A model generated the notes under the pieces. The model saw only the letters and a list, made by a program, of their open reading frames with translations, searched no databases and was not told the origin of the DNA. 64,000 bases of DNA from an uncultured Chthonomonadaceae bacterium. GTDB taxonomy: Bacteria; Armatimonadota; Chthonomonadetes; Chthonomonadales; Chthonomonadaceae. A program made the translations under genes and the position numbers. The DNA lies in assembly GCA_963817895.1 (NCBI GenBank), contig CAWFQB010000003.1:576001-640000 (forward strand), written 5' to 3'. Numbering within the stretch: position 1 is the first letter of the stretch; each line of letters opens with the position of its first letter. Positions 10,903 through 19,412 of this stretch are shown in pieces.

Positions 10903-13900
10903 ATGGCGGCCAAAGATTTGGCGGTCTGGCGCGTACAAATGTTTAATGGCTTGAGGGTACAGCAGGGCGCGCGAAGCGTGGATCATTTCGACACGCGCCG
11001 CGCCGCTTCGCTGCTGGCCTATTTCGCCTTTTATCCGCATCGGGCGCATCCCCGCGAAGAACTGGCCGAAATGCTGTGGCCCGACGAAGATATGGATGTG
11101 ACGCGGCTGCGGCTGCGGCAGGTGCTGAACACCATTCGCCGCGCGCTCGACAGCCCGGACGGAGCGAAAGACGGCCTGCTGCTGTCCGATCGAACCTTCG
11201 CGCGCGTCAACGCCGAACATTTGACGACCGATGTGCGAGAATTTGAGAGTTTGCGTAAGTCCGCGTCCCAAACCGAAGACATATTCCTGCGCGTAGACAA
11301 GTTGCAGCAAGCCGTCGCCCTGTATCAGGGTGATCTGTTGCCGGGTTTTTATGAGGATTGGGTCGAGCAGGAGCGCCGGCGTTTACAGGAAGCGTATCGC
11401 GAAACCCTGCTGCGACTGGCTGCGTCGCAGGGGGAAAGTGGCGACCTACAGGGGGGACTGGAAAGCGCGCGCAAAATCATCGCTGTGCATACGCTGGACG
11501 AGGAGGCGAACCAGGTCTATATTCGCCTGTGCGCGCAGGCAGGCCGTCCCGCCGAGGCCCTGCGACAGTATCAGACGTTGGAACAGGCGCTGTGGAAAGA
11601 GTTGCGTACGCTGCCTTCCCTGGAACTGCAAGCCCTGACATCTCAAATTCGCGGCGCAGGCATAGCGCCCGCTTTGCCCGCGCAAAAGCTGTCTGCATTG
11701 CCTGCCGCAAATCCTCCTGTTCTTCCCCGTTCCATGCCTGCCGCGCCGTCCTCTGCTTCAACCGAAGAGGAGATCATGGAAGCGGCAGCGCCCTCAATTG
11801 CTGTCGCGCCGCCGGTTGCCACAGCGCTGACCCCCTTTTTCGGCAGGCAACAGGAGATCAAAGAACTAACTGTGCTGCTGCGCCCGCCGCAATCCGCGCC
11901 TGCGACCGGACCCTCAACACACGTTTCACGTCTGGTAACGCTTGTCGGGCAGGGTGGATCAGGCAAGACACGCCTGGCGCAGGAGGTGGCGCGCGAATTG
12001 CAGTCAGCCTACGCGCAGCGCGTATGGTTCGTCTCGCTGGCGGACATACAGGACGGCGCGCGTATCCCGGAAAAGATCGCGGAGGCCATCTATCCCGATT
12101 CTGCCCCGGATGCGAGGGCGCTGGAGCGCGTTGTGGAAGAATTGAACCGGCAGCCCACGCTCCTCGCGCTGGATAATTTCGAGCAGGTGACGGCGACGGG
12201 GACAAACGTGATACAGGAATTGCTGGAACGCGCGGGCAGTCTGCGCTGTCTCGTCACGTCCCGGCAAACGCTTAATCTCGCGGGGGAGCGCCGATTTGAC
12301 GTGCCGCCCCTGCCGACGCCCGAGCCTGTGGCAGAATGGGCGCGGGAGGGTGAGCAGGGGACGGACGAGACGCGGGAAGAATGGGAGCAGGTGGCGCAAA
12401 CGCCCAGCGTACAGCTTTTCACGGATCGCGCCCGCAATGTGCTGCCGCAATTCGAGATCACCCCCCAAAATGCGGACTGTATAGCGCAGATTTGCCGATA
12501 TGTAGAGGGCGTACCCCTGTCTCTGGAATTGGCGGCTGCCTGGATGGCGGTTCTGGAACCGGCGCAATTGCTGCAAAGGCTGCAAGATCGGTTTACGCTT
12601 CTGGTCAATCAGCAGGACAGCGCGCCATCGCGCCATCGCAGTCTGTACGCGACTGTTGAATGGAGTTACGAGCAGCTTGCGCCTCCGGCGCAGTGTCTGT
12701 TCGCCAATCTGAGCGTGTTCCGCAATGGCTGGACGCTGGAAGCCGCCGAAGCGGTTGGCGAGGAGCCGCAAACCTTCGCGTATCTGACGCAGTTGCTGCG
12801 CCATTCGTTGATTTCGCGGGAAGGCGGCGCGGGCGGTGGGCGCTTTCGGATGCTGGAAACCCTGCGTGATTTTGTCGGTTCGCGTCTGGAAGAGGCGCGC
12901 CGTGAGCGACTGCGTGAGCGCCATGCCGCGTATTACCTGGAACTTGCCGAGCGCGCGTCGGAACACCTGACGGGGTCGGAACAGGCGCAGTGGCTGGAGC
13001 GGTTACAGGAGGAAAACGACAACCTGCGGGCCGCTCTGGACTGGTGTGTGGAAGCCGCCGACCGCCAATCGCCAACCGCCATTGCAAGTGGCCTCCGCTT
13101 CGTGACAGCATTATGGCGCTTCTGGGAAGTACGGTGTTCTTACGGGGATGCGGAACACTGGATAGAAAAGATACTGGCATCGAGTTTGCAGGCCGATCCT
13201 GTCTTGCGGGCGCGGACGCTGGAAAGCGCAGGGAATTTTGCCCTGAACGCGCGAGCGCACGCGCAGGCGCAGAGCAGAGTGGAAGCAAGCGTTCGCCTGT
13301 ATCAGGACACAGGTGAAATGCGCGGTTTGGGCAGCGCATTGAGCGTATTAGGAGCGATCCTGCGGGATCAGGGCGATGTGAACGCGGCCAAACCCATGTT
13401 CGCCGAATCGCTGCGCATCATGCGGGAAACCAGAAATACGTTCGGGATTGCGCGAGCGTTGGGCGGGTTGGGGATTATTGCCGCGCTGGAGAACGATGCG
13501 GTTGAGGCGCACTCGCTGCTGGAGCAAAGCGCGGCTATGTACCGAATCTGCGGCCACCGCAAGGGCATCGCGTGGTGCTATTATGAGCGTGGGCTTGTGG
13601 CGGGCAGGCAGGGGGACAATGATCTGAGCCTGACCCTGTTTCTGGAGGGTTTGCCTGTTTCGCGGCTGCTGCGGGACGGCGTGGGAATCGGGTTTGCCTG
13701 CTTCAACATCGGCGCGGCGTATCAGCAGCGGGGCGAGTATGCGCGCGCCGGGGAAGCGGCGCGGGAAGCGCTTCAGGCCGCGCGGCGTGGTGGCCTGATC
13801 GCGCGCGAAGTCGTCAATCTGATGTGGCTTGGCGACCTGGCCTGTGATCAGGACGAGTGGGCGCGGGGCGAACGGTACTTCAAAGCCGCGTTGACGCGGG

Positions 13901-14175
13901 CAATCCAGAGACAATTTCATCCGGGTACACTGGCCCTGCTCGAACGCCTGGCAATTCTCGCCTGTAAGCTGGACAAGCGCGAACGGGCTGTGTGTTTAAT
14001 CAGCGCGGCGCAAAGCCTGCCGAATATGGAGCGCCTGGACCATCCCAACCCCCCGCGCTTCCTGAGCGGAGAGTTGGGGGCAGGCTTGCGGCAGGTTTCT
14101 GCGTTGCCCGAATTCGCGCATGTTCGCGCGCGGGCAGATGCTGTCACTGGAACAAGCCTGCGAACTTGCGCTTGA
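10903..14175 (+). CDS. AfsR/SARP-family regulator (wHTH-BTAD, NB-ARC/STAND ATPase, TPR)
   Basis: REELAEMLWP, LYQGDLLPG, Walker A GQGGSGKTRLA, Walker B LLALDNFEQV, LVTSRQ, GVPLSLELAAA, FRMLETLRDF and TPR repeats. The last codons are probably frameshifted (alternative frame reads SLEQACELALEDS*). Confidence 0.92.
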   Translation: MAAKDLAVWRVQMFNGLRVQQGARSVDHFDTRRAASLLAYFAFYPHRAHPREELAEMLWPDEDMDVTRLRLRQVLNTIRRALDSPDGAKDGLLLSDRTFARVNAEHLTTDVREFESLRKSASQTEDIFLRVDKLQQAVALYQGDLLPGFYEDWVEQERRRLQEAYRETLLRLAASQGESGDLQGGLESARKIIAVHTLDEEANQVYIRLCAQAGRPAEALRQYQTLEQALWKELRTLPSLELQALTSQIRGAGIAPALPAQKLSALPAANPPVLPRSMPAAPSSASTEEEIMEAAAPSIAVAPPVATALTPFFGRQQEIKELTVLLRPPQSAPATGPSTHVSRLVTLVGQGGSGKTRLAQEVARELQSAYAQRVWFVSLADIQDGARIPEKIAEAIYPDSAPDARALERVVEELNRQPTLLALDNFEQVTATGTNVIQELLERAGSLRCLVTSRQTLNLAGERRFDVPPLPTPEPVAEWAREGEQGTDETREEWEQVAQTPSVQLFTDRARNVLPQFEITPQNADCIAQICRYVEGVPLSLELAAAWMAVLEPAQLLQRLQDRFTLLVNQQDSAPSRHRSLYATVEWSYEQLAPPAQCLFANLSVFRNGWTLEAAEAVGEEPQTFAYLTQLLRHSLISREGGAGGGRFRMLETLRDFVGSRLEEARRERLRERHAAYYLELAERASEHLTGSEQAQWLERLQEENDNLRAALDWCVEAADRQSPTAIASGLRFVTALWRFWEVRCSYGDAEHWIEKILASSLQADPVLRARTLESAGNFALNARAHAQAQSRVEASVRLYQDTGEMRGLGSALSVLGAILRDQGDVNAAKPMFAESLRIMRETRNTFGIARALGGLGIIAALENDAVEAHSLLEQSAAMYRICGHRKGIAWCYYERGLVAGRQGDNDLSLTLFLEGLPVSRLLRDGVGIGFACFNIGAAYQQRGEYARAGEAAREALQAARRGGLIAREVVNLMWLGDLACDQDEWARGERYFKAALTRAIQRQFHPGTLALLERLAILACKLDKRERAVCLISAAQSLPNMERLDHPNPPRFLSGELGAGLRQVSALPEFAHVRARADAVTGTSLRTCA

Positions 14176-14222
14176 AGATTCGTGAGCGCGTGAGATGCGC
14201 CTTTTCCGACAGGATGCGGTTT

Positions 14223-14676
14223 ATGACGCCTGAACAAAAAAAATTAATACGTTCCTCTTTTCAGCGCCTGATGGCCGAACCGGATGGTTTTGCGGAGACT
14301 TTTTACCGGCGTTTATTCACGCTCGACCCCGCTGCGCAGGCATTGTTTCATGTGGATATGCGGGAGCAGGGGACAAAGTTCGTCGCCATGATGCAGGCCG
14401 CGCTGGAGTGTATGGAACAACTGGACAAAATCGTTCCCGCTTTGTGGCAGATGGGCAAGCGGCACGGCGGCTACGGCGTCCAGAGCGAGCATTATGAGTC
14501 CGCGCTGGATTGCCCTTCTGGAAGCCATGAAAGAGCGGGATGGCGCCGCGTTCACTCCTGAAACGGAAGCCGCCTGGAATCAGTTGTACAACCTTATGGC
14601 GGCTGCAATGGAGCAGGCCGCCTCAGAGGGCATTATCGCTCGCCCGAATAGCCGGGCCGCGCAACAGTCGGAGTAG
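14223..14676 (+). CDS. Single-domain globin, flavohemoglobin-globin/Vgb-like (frameshift near 14500)
   Basis: MTPEQKKLIRSSF...FYRRLFTLDP..QALF...EQGTKF...MGKRHGGYGV..EHY, then ALLEAM...FTPETEAAW...Y in the next frame. Confidence 0.88.
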
Positions 14677-14791
14677 TGTTTCCGGTTACAAGAGTTACGC
14701 AAGAGTTTATGCTCTGGTAATGTCCGTCGCGACAGGGTATAACCGCTACGGCGCTGATGACGGAAGCGGCTTTGCGAACAAGGAGAAAAAC

Positions 14792-15197
14792 ATGCGACTT
14801 TTACAGATGTTTATGGCGCTCATCCTGTTTGTAAGCGGGGTAAACTTGATGGGGTGCGCGCGGCTCTCCGCAGTATTCGCTCGTCGGCAAGTGGCAGATG
14901 ATAGCCGACAACGGGTACGGCGCAAACACCATTGACTTTACGAAGGATGGCAAGTTTCTGCAATCCACGCTGATGATGGATGCCGGACAGGTGTTCATCG
15001 AAGGCAACTATGCGCTGGACGGCGATGTGCTGACCCTGACGCCGAGCAAGGCGACAGCGGTAATCCCGCAGTTTCAATCACAGGTGCAAGCGGTGGGAAT
15101 GCAAACCTCGAGAGCGCATCTGCAATGGGAGCATTTCGGGATGGTTCGCTTCATGGTCAATGGCGCAAAAGCGGCGGAACTGCACAAACTACAGTAG
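14792..15197 (+). CDS. Small lipoprotein, lipocalin-like (frameshift near 14865)
   Basis: AAGGAG RBS, signal peptide with LMGC lipobox. The second frame gives LVGKW...F..DG.F....GNY..DGDVLTL. Confidence 0.6.
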
Positions 15198-15214
15198 GCA
15201 GGCCGGTATCCTTG

Positions 15215-15223
15215 TGCTATAAT
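15215..15223 (+). promoter_or_regulatory. Extended -10 promoter (TGcTATAAT) for the ATPase-nuclease pair
   Basis: Perfect TGnTATAAT 70 nt upstream of ATG 15293. Confidence 0.55.
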
Positions 15224-15292
15224 TCAAACAAATCACCTGTCTTCAATCCTGCCGACATCATTTCACGAGCATTTTCATAATAAAGAGCCGCA

Positions 15293-16696
15293 ATGAAACT
15301 TCAGTTTGAAAATTTGGGTCCGCTGGTTACGGGAGAGTTGGAACTGGCGGATTTGACGGTTATCTGCGGCGAAAATAATACCGGCAAAACCTACTTGACG
15401 TACACGCTTTACGGACTGCTGCAAACGCTGACAACGTTCATCAAACTGCCGGACTTTGATTTGCAGCCGCTACGCCAAACCGGGGTTGCCGAAATCAATC
15501 TCGCCACCAGAATTATTCGTCACACACCGGAACTGGTACAGCAGGCTGTCGAAGAGTATTGCGTCAATCTGCATCGCGTTTTGGCGGCGCAAAACAACCG
15601 CTTTGTAAACACCAAACTACAGCTATTGCTTGATTTTAAGGATATTTTGAAGCCAGAGTACAATCGTAAATTTACGACGGATCGGAACCGGCGTATTCTC
15701 ACATTCCAAAAGCCTGCCGACGACAACGTTCTGACTATCAATGCGGCGGCGGAAGCGGGCAACGAAACGATCCGAAGTTTTCAGTATCAACCATTGATTG
15801 AACGAGTGGTCAAGGAGATATGTTTTGATCCGGTTCTGCTAAAGCCGTTCATTGTCAGCACAGAGCGCACAGGCGCAGTAACGTTTCAGGGCGAATTGAA
15901 CCTTGCCAAAAACCGCCTGTTCGATCTTGCCAGCGAGGTGACGGACGCGGCCAGTCTGAACCCGGCGCAGTTGCTGGAACGGGTGTATGGCGGCGGTTAT
16001 CCGATGCCGGTGCGCGACAATGTGGATTTTATCAACTCGCTTGCAAGTGTACAAACGCAGGAGAGCGAACTGCTGCAAACTCATCCCGGCATTTTAGAGG
16101 ATTTTGAAAACCTTATTGGCGGTAGTTACAAACTGCTGAACAATGTGCTGCATTTTGTACCCAAAGGGACACGCGGTGTTCGGCTGCGCATGGGCGAAAG
16201 TTCCAGCGCGGTTCGTTCCCTTGTTATTTTGGGTTATTATCTAAAGCATCGCGCCCGGAGAGGCGATTTGCTGATGATTGATGAGCCGGAATTGAACCTT
16301 CACCCCGCTAATCAGCGCAGGCTTGCCCGCCTGCTGGCGCGTCTGGTTAACGTGGGCATCAAGGTGTTCGTTACCACACACAGCGATTACATTGTGAAAG
16401 AGTTCAACACGCTGATTATGCTCAATGTGAAAGCGCCTCGTTTGAACGATGTGCGCGCGAAGTACCACTATTCGGCGCAGGACTGCCTCGCGTATGATGC
16501 CGTACGTGTGTACGTGCTACGCGAAGACTTTGTGCTGAAAAGCGGGCATACGCGCAAAACTAAAGCGCCGACGCTATGCGTTGCGCCCATCAGCCCGACA
16601 TTGGGAATTGAAGTCGCCAGTTTTGACGAAACCATCAATGACATGACGGCTGTGCAGCAAAGCATTTACTATCATTTTGATAATGAGGAAGCGTAG
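15293..16696 (+). CDS. Soluble ABC-type ATPase (AAA_15/AAA_21, AbiEii/PtuA/AriA-like)
   Basis: ENLGPL start, Walker A GENNTGKT, signature-like ESSSAVRSL, Walker B/D-loop LMIDEPELNLHP, H-loop TTHSDY; no TM helices. Confidence 0.88.
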   Translation: MKLQFENLGPLVTGELELADLTVICGENNTGKTYLTYTLYGLLQTLTTFIKLPDFDLQPLRQTGVAEINLATRIIRHTPELVQQAVEEYCVNLHRVLAAQNNRFVNTKLQLLLDFKDILKPEYNRKFTTDRNRRILTFQKPADDNVLTINAAAEAGNETIRSFQYQPLIERVVKEICFDPVLLKPFIVSTERTGAVTFQGELNLAKNRLFDLASEVTDAASLNPAQLLERVYGGGYPMPVRDNVDFINSLASVQTQESELLQTHPGILEDFENLIGGSYKLLNNVLHFVPKGTRGVRLRMGESSSAVRSLVILGYYLKHRARRGDLLMIDEPELNLHPANQRRLARLLARLVNVGIKVFVTTHSDYIVKEFNTLIMLNVKAPRLNDVRAKYHYSAQDCLAYDAVRVYVLREDFVLKSGHTRKTKAPTLCVAPISPTLGIEVASFDETINDMTAVQQSIYYHFDNEEA

Positions 16697-16699
16697 GGC

Positions 16700-17335
16700 A
16701 TGACCGTCATCGAAAAGATAGTCAACCTGATGCACTGTGAAAAGGTTGATGGCAGAACGGCGGATCATGCGCTGCTGGAAGAGACGGATACGACGGCCAA
16801 ACTCAAGAAGCTAACCCTGTCTGACCTGCAAACCGATATGTTGGTGCTGAAAATAGATGCAGGTCGCAAGGTTGTTCAGGGGCGCAGTGTCGTAGCCGTG
16901 TGCATGTCGCCCTTATTTACCACAATGGGAGCAGGCGACCACAACTGCGCCTGTGACGCGGTAGTTGTGCGTGAGCGGAAGGCCGGCGTCTGCGAAATCG
17001 TCTATATTGATTTGAAGTCGGACGATCCTTCAGGGTTTGCGGGGCAATTCAAAAGTACGCGTTGCTTCATGCGGTACGTGAAGGAACTCATCAATGATCT
17101 ATACACTCAGCCAAACGAGGAGCCAATGACGATTGGGCGGGAGCGATTTATTGTGTTTCATACGGACAGCCGAAACGCCCGCCCGAGTTTGGGTAAGCAG
17201 CCAACCCGCTTCACGCCTGCTGCCGCTAATAGTCCCAACGCGCCTGAAAAAACATATTGTATTGGACGGTATGATGAAACGCTGTACCGAGTTGTTCTGA
17301 TAAATTTACGCAACAGCCGCGATGCAGTGGGATAA
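16700..17335 (+). CDS. Hypothetical protein, putative PD-(D/E)xK nuclease (true stop possibly 17300)
   Basis: Starts 3 nt after the ATPase stop. Contains CDAVVV...YIDLKS...Q. An A-run indel near 17250 would give ...HIVLDGMMKRCTELF* ending at 17300. Confidence 0.6.
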   Translation: MTVIEKIVNLMHCEKVDGRTADHALLEETDTTAKLKKLTLSDLQTDMLVLKIDAGRKVVQGRSVVAVCMSPLFTTMGAGDHNCACDAVVVRERKAGVCEIVYIDLKSDDPSGFAGQFKSTRCFMRYVKELINDLYTQPNEEPMTIGRERFIVFHTDSRNARPSLGKQPTRFTPAAANSPNAPEKTYCIGRYDETLYRVVLINLRNSRDAVG

Positions 17336-17390
17336 ACAAACGAAAGAATTTGACAAATACAAGTCAGCGAGAAAAAGGACGAGACAAAGC

Positions 17391-18413
17391 ATGATAGTGG
17401 TGATGGCGGCCAGCGCAACGGAAGCGCAAATCAAAGACGTGGAACAGCGCATACAGGATTGGGGCTACGGCGTTCATCCGATTTACGGCGCGGAGCGGAC
17501 AGTTATCGGCGCGGTGGGAGTGCCGGACGCGGACAAATCGCGGTACATGGAGTCGCTGGAAGCCCTGCCGTTTGTGGAGCAGGTGATCGCGATCCTGCGC
17601 CCTTATAAATTCGCAAGCCGCGAGTTTCACCCGGAACCGACAGTTATTGACGTGCGCGGCGTGAAGGTGGGCGGCAACAACATCACCCTGATGGCCGGCC
17701 CCTGTACCGTGGAAACATACGAGCAGACGTGGGAATCCGCAGTGGCCTGCAAAGCGGCGGGCGCGACCATTCTGCGCGGCGGCGCGTACAAGCCTTCGAC
17801 AAGCCCGTACTCGTTTCAGGGACACGGCGAACCCGCGCTGAAAATACTTAAAGAGATCGCGGACAAACTGGACATGCGCGTGATTACCGAAGTGATGGAC
17901 CCGCGCAATGTGGAGATGGTCTGCCAGTACGCCGACATTCTGCAAATCGGAACGCGCAACATGCAAAATTACGATCTGCTGCGCGAAGTGGGCAAGGTGA
18001 AAACAGCGGTCATGGTGAAGCGCGGGATGTGGGCCAAAATCGAAGAGTGGTTACAGGCGGCGGAATACGTGCTTTTGGGCGGCAACCCGAACGTGATGCT
18101 GTGCGAACGCGGCATCCGCACCTTCGAGACATACACCCGCAACACGCTGGATTTATCCGCCGTGCCTGCCGCCAAAGAACTGTCGCACCTGCCCGTAATT
18201 GTGGACCCGAGTCAGGGTACGGGCAAGCGTAGCCTTGTCGTCGCCATGACCAAAGCCTCTGTCGCAGTCGGCGCGGACGGCCTGCTCATCGAAGTGCATC
18301 CGCACCCCGATCAGGCCCTCAAAGACGGGGCGCAGCAATTGACGACCGGCAACATCGGCCCGCTCATGGAAGAACTCAAACCCATCGCGCTGGCGGTGGG
18401 CAGAACCATATAA
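17391..18413 (+). CDS. aroF: DAHP synthase type I-beta with N-terminal regulatory domain
   Basis: [66 protein letters not shown]. Confidence 0.95.
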   Translation: MIVVMAASATEAQIKDVEQRIQDWGYGVHPIYGAERTVIGAVGVPDADKSRYMESLEALPFVEQVIAILRPYKFASREFHPEPTVIDVRGVKVGGNNITLMAGPCTVETYEQTWESAVACKAAGATILRGGAYKPSTSPYSFQGHGEPALKILKEIADKLDMRVITEVMDPRNVEMVCQYADILQIGTRNMQNYDLLREVGKVKTAVMVKRGMWAKIEEWLQAAEYVLLGGNPNVMLCERGIRTFETYTRNTLDLSAVPAAKELSHLPVIVDPSQGTGKRSLVVAMTKASVAVGADGLLIEVHPHPDQALKDGAQQLTTGNIGPLMEELKPIALAVGRTI

Positions 18414-18520
18414 ACCATGGAGAACACGGAGGGAAGAAAGGAAAAGAGGAGAGTGGGAACCGCGAAACACACCAAACAAACCAAGAAAGACAAAAGAGAA
18501 TAGACAGGATTAACAGGATT
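18412..18520 (+). repeat. Composite of degenerate 9-mer tandem repeats
   Basis: aaccatggagaacacggag / aaccgcgaaacacaccaaacaaaccaa / gacaggattaacaggatt. Confidence 0.55.
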
Positions 18521-18654
18521 TCTCGGGGTTAGATAAAATAATAGTCAAGTTGCTGAAACAATTATTTTGGAGGTATTTATAGCGTAAAATGGCAATTCAC
18601 GCGGAAAATAGAGCGGTCAGGGAGAATTGAGGAGAACACAACCTACCTGGACAA

Positions 18655-19080
18655 TCAGGGGGTCCAATCCGCGTACTGCAAGCCGGGAATGCGGGCAAAG
18701 TCACGGGTGTTGCGGGTGAGGAGAATGGCGTTGTTGGCAAGCGTGATAGCGGCGATTTTCAAGTCTTGCGTACCGATGCGGATTTTTAACTGTTTCAGGC
18801 GCTCGTACTCTGCTGCCGCTTTCTCCTCAAAGTCTACAACGGCAATTTTAGTATAAACCGCAAGATGTGATTTCAAACGACGATACGCCGCAATCAGCGC
18901 GTCGGGTGTTCGCGCCTTTGCGCTGACGGCAAGCCAACCCCGCATCTGCTCCTCATAACTAACGACAGTCGTGGCAATATCGTCCGGTGGGATCATGGCT
19001 ACTCGCGCTTTCAACCGCAAGGCTTCCGGGCCTCCCCGTTCAATCAGGCTCATGTTATCCGTGTCAAGCAGGTATATCAT
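18655..19080 (-). CDS. vapC: VapC/PIN-domain toxin
   Basis: YLLDTD, SYEEQMRG, DLKIAAI, LLTRNTRDF. Confidence 0.9.
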   Translation of the reverse strand: MIYLLDTDNMSLIERGGPEALRLKARVAMIPPDDIATTVVSYEEQMRGWLAVSAKARTPDALIAAYRRLKSHLAVYTKIAVVDFEEKAAAEYERLKQLKIRIGTQDLKIAAITLANNAILLTRNTRDFARIPGLQYADWTP

Positions 19081-19291
19081 TATCCTCGTCATTTTCTATA
19101 CCCTGCGAATTGCGCCATTCGCGCCCGTAGCGTACCGCTTCCTCAAAAAGCGGATCGTCCGCAAAGATACCGAAAATCTGATCTACCCAGTGCGTTGCTT
19201 TCGACGCCGGTTCCTGATCCAGTCGCTGTTTCAACTGCGCCATTTCTGTTTCTAATGCCGTCAATCGCGCTTCCAACGTATCACTTGCCAT
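19064..19291 (-). CDS. Putative antitoxin upstream of and overlapping vapC
   Basis: Small acidic ORF (LEARLTALETEMAQLK...W..IFG.F.DDP.FEE...GREWR) with a GAGGAGG RBS. Confidence 0.75.
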   Translation of the reverse strand: MASDTLEARLTALETEMAQLKQRLDQEPASKATHWVDQIFGIFADDPLFEEAVRYGREWRNSQGIENDEDNDIPA

Positions 19292-19315
19292 TAGTGGCCC
19301 TCCTCGCATCTTTAG

Positions 19316-19338
19316 TGTTTGTTACAAACATTATATCA
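19316..19338 (-). promoter_or_regulatory. TA operon extended -10 with an adjacent palindromic operator
   Basis: Minus-strand TGATATAAT (19330-19338) next to the palindrome TGTTTG-TTA-CAAACA (19316-19330). Confidence 0.5.
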
Positions 19339-19412
19339 CGTTCTGGTATGTGGGAGGGCGTGGACCTCGCATTGGCTTTTCCTCTGTGTCTCTAACGAAG
19401 CGGGTGGTGAAT

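Noticed and set aside
13992..14561. SARP-globin fusion protein
   Set aside because: The regulator's likely corrected end (SLEQACELALEDS*) has a stop before the globin ATG at 14223, so separate genes fit better.
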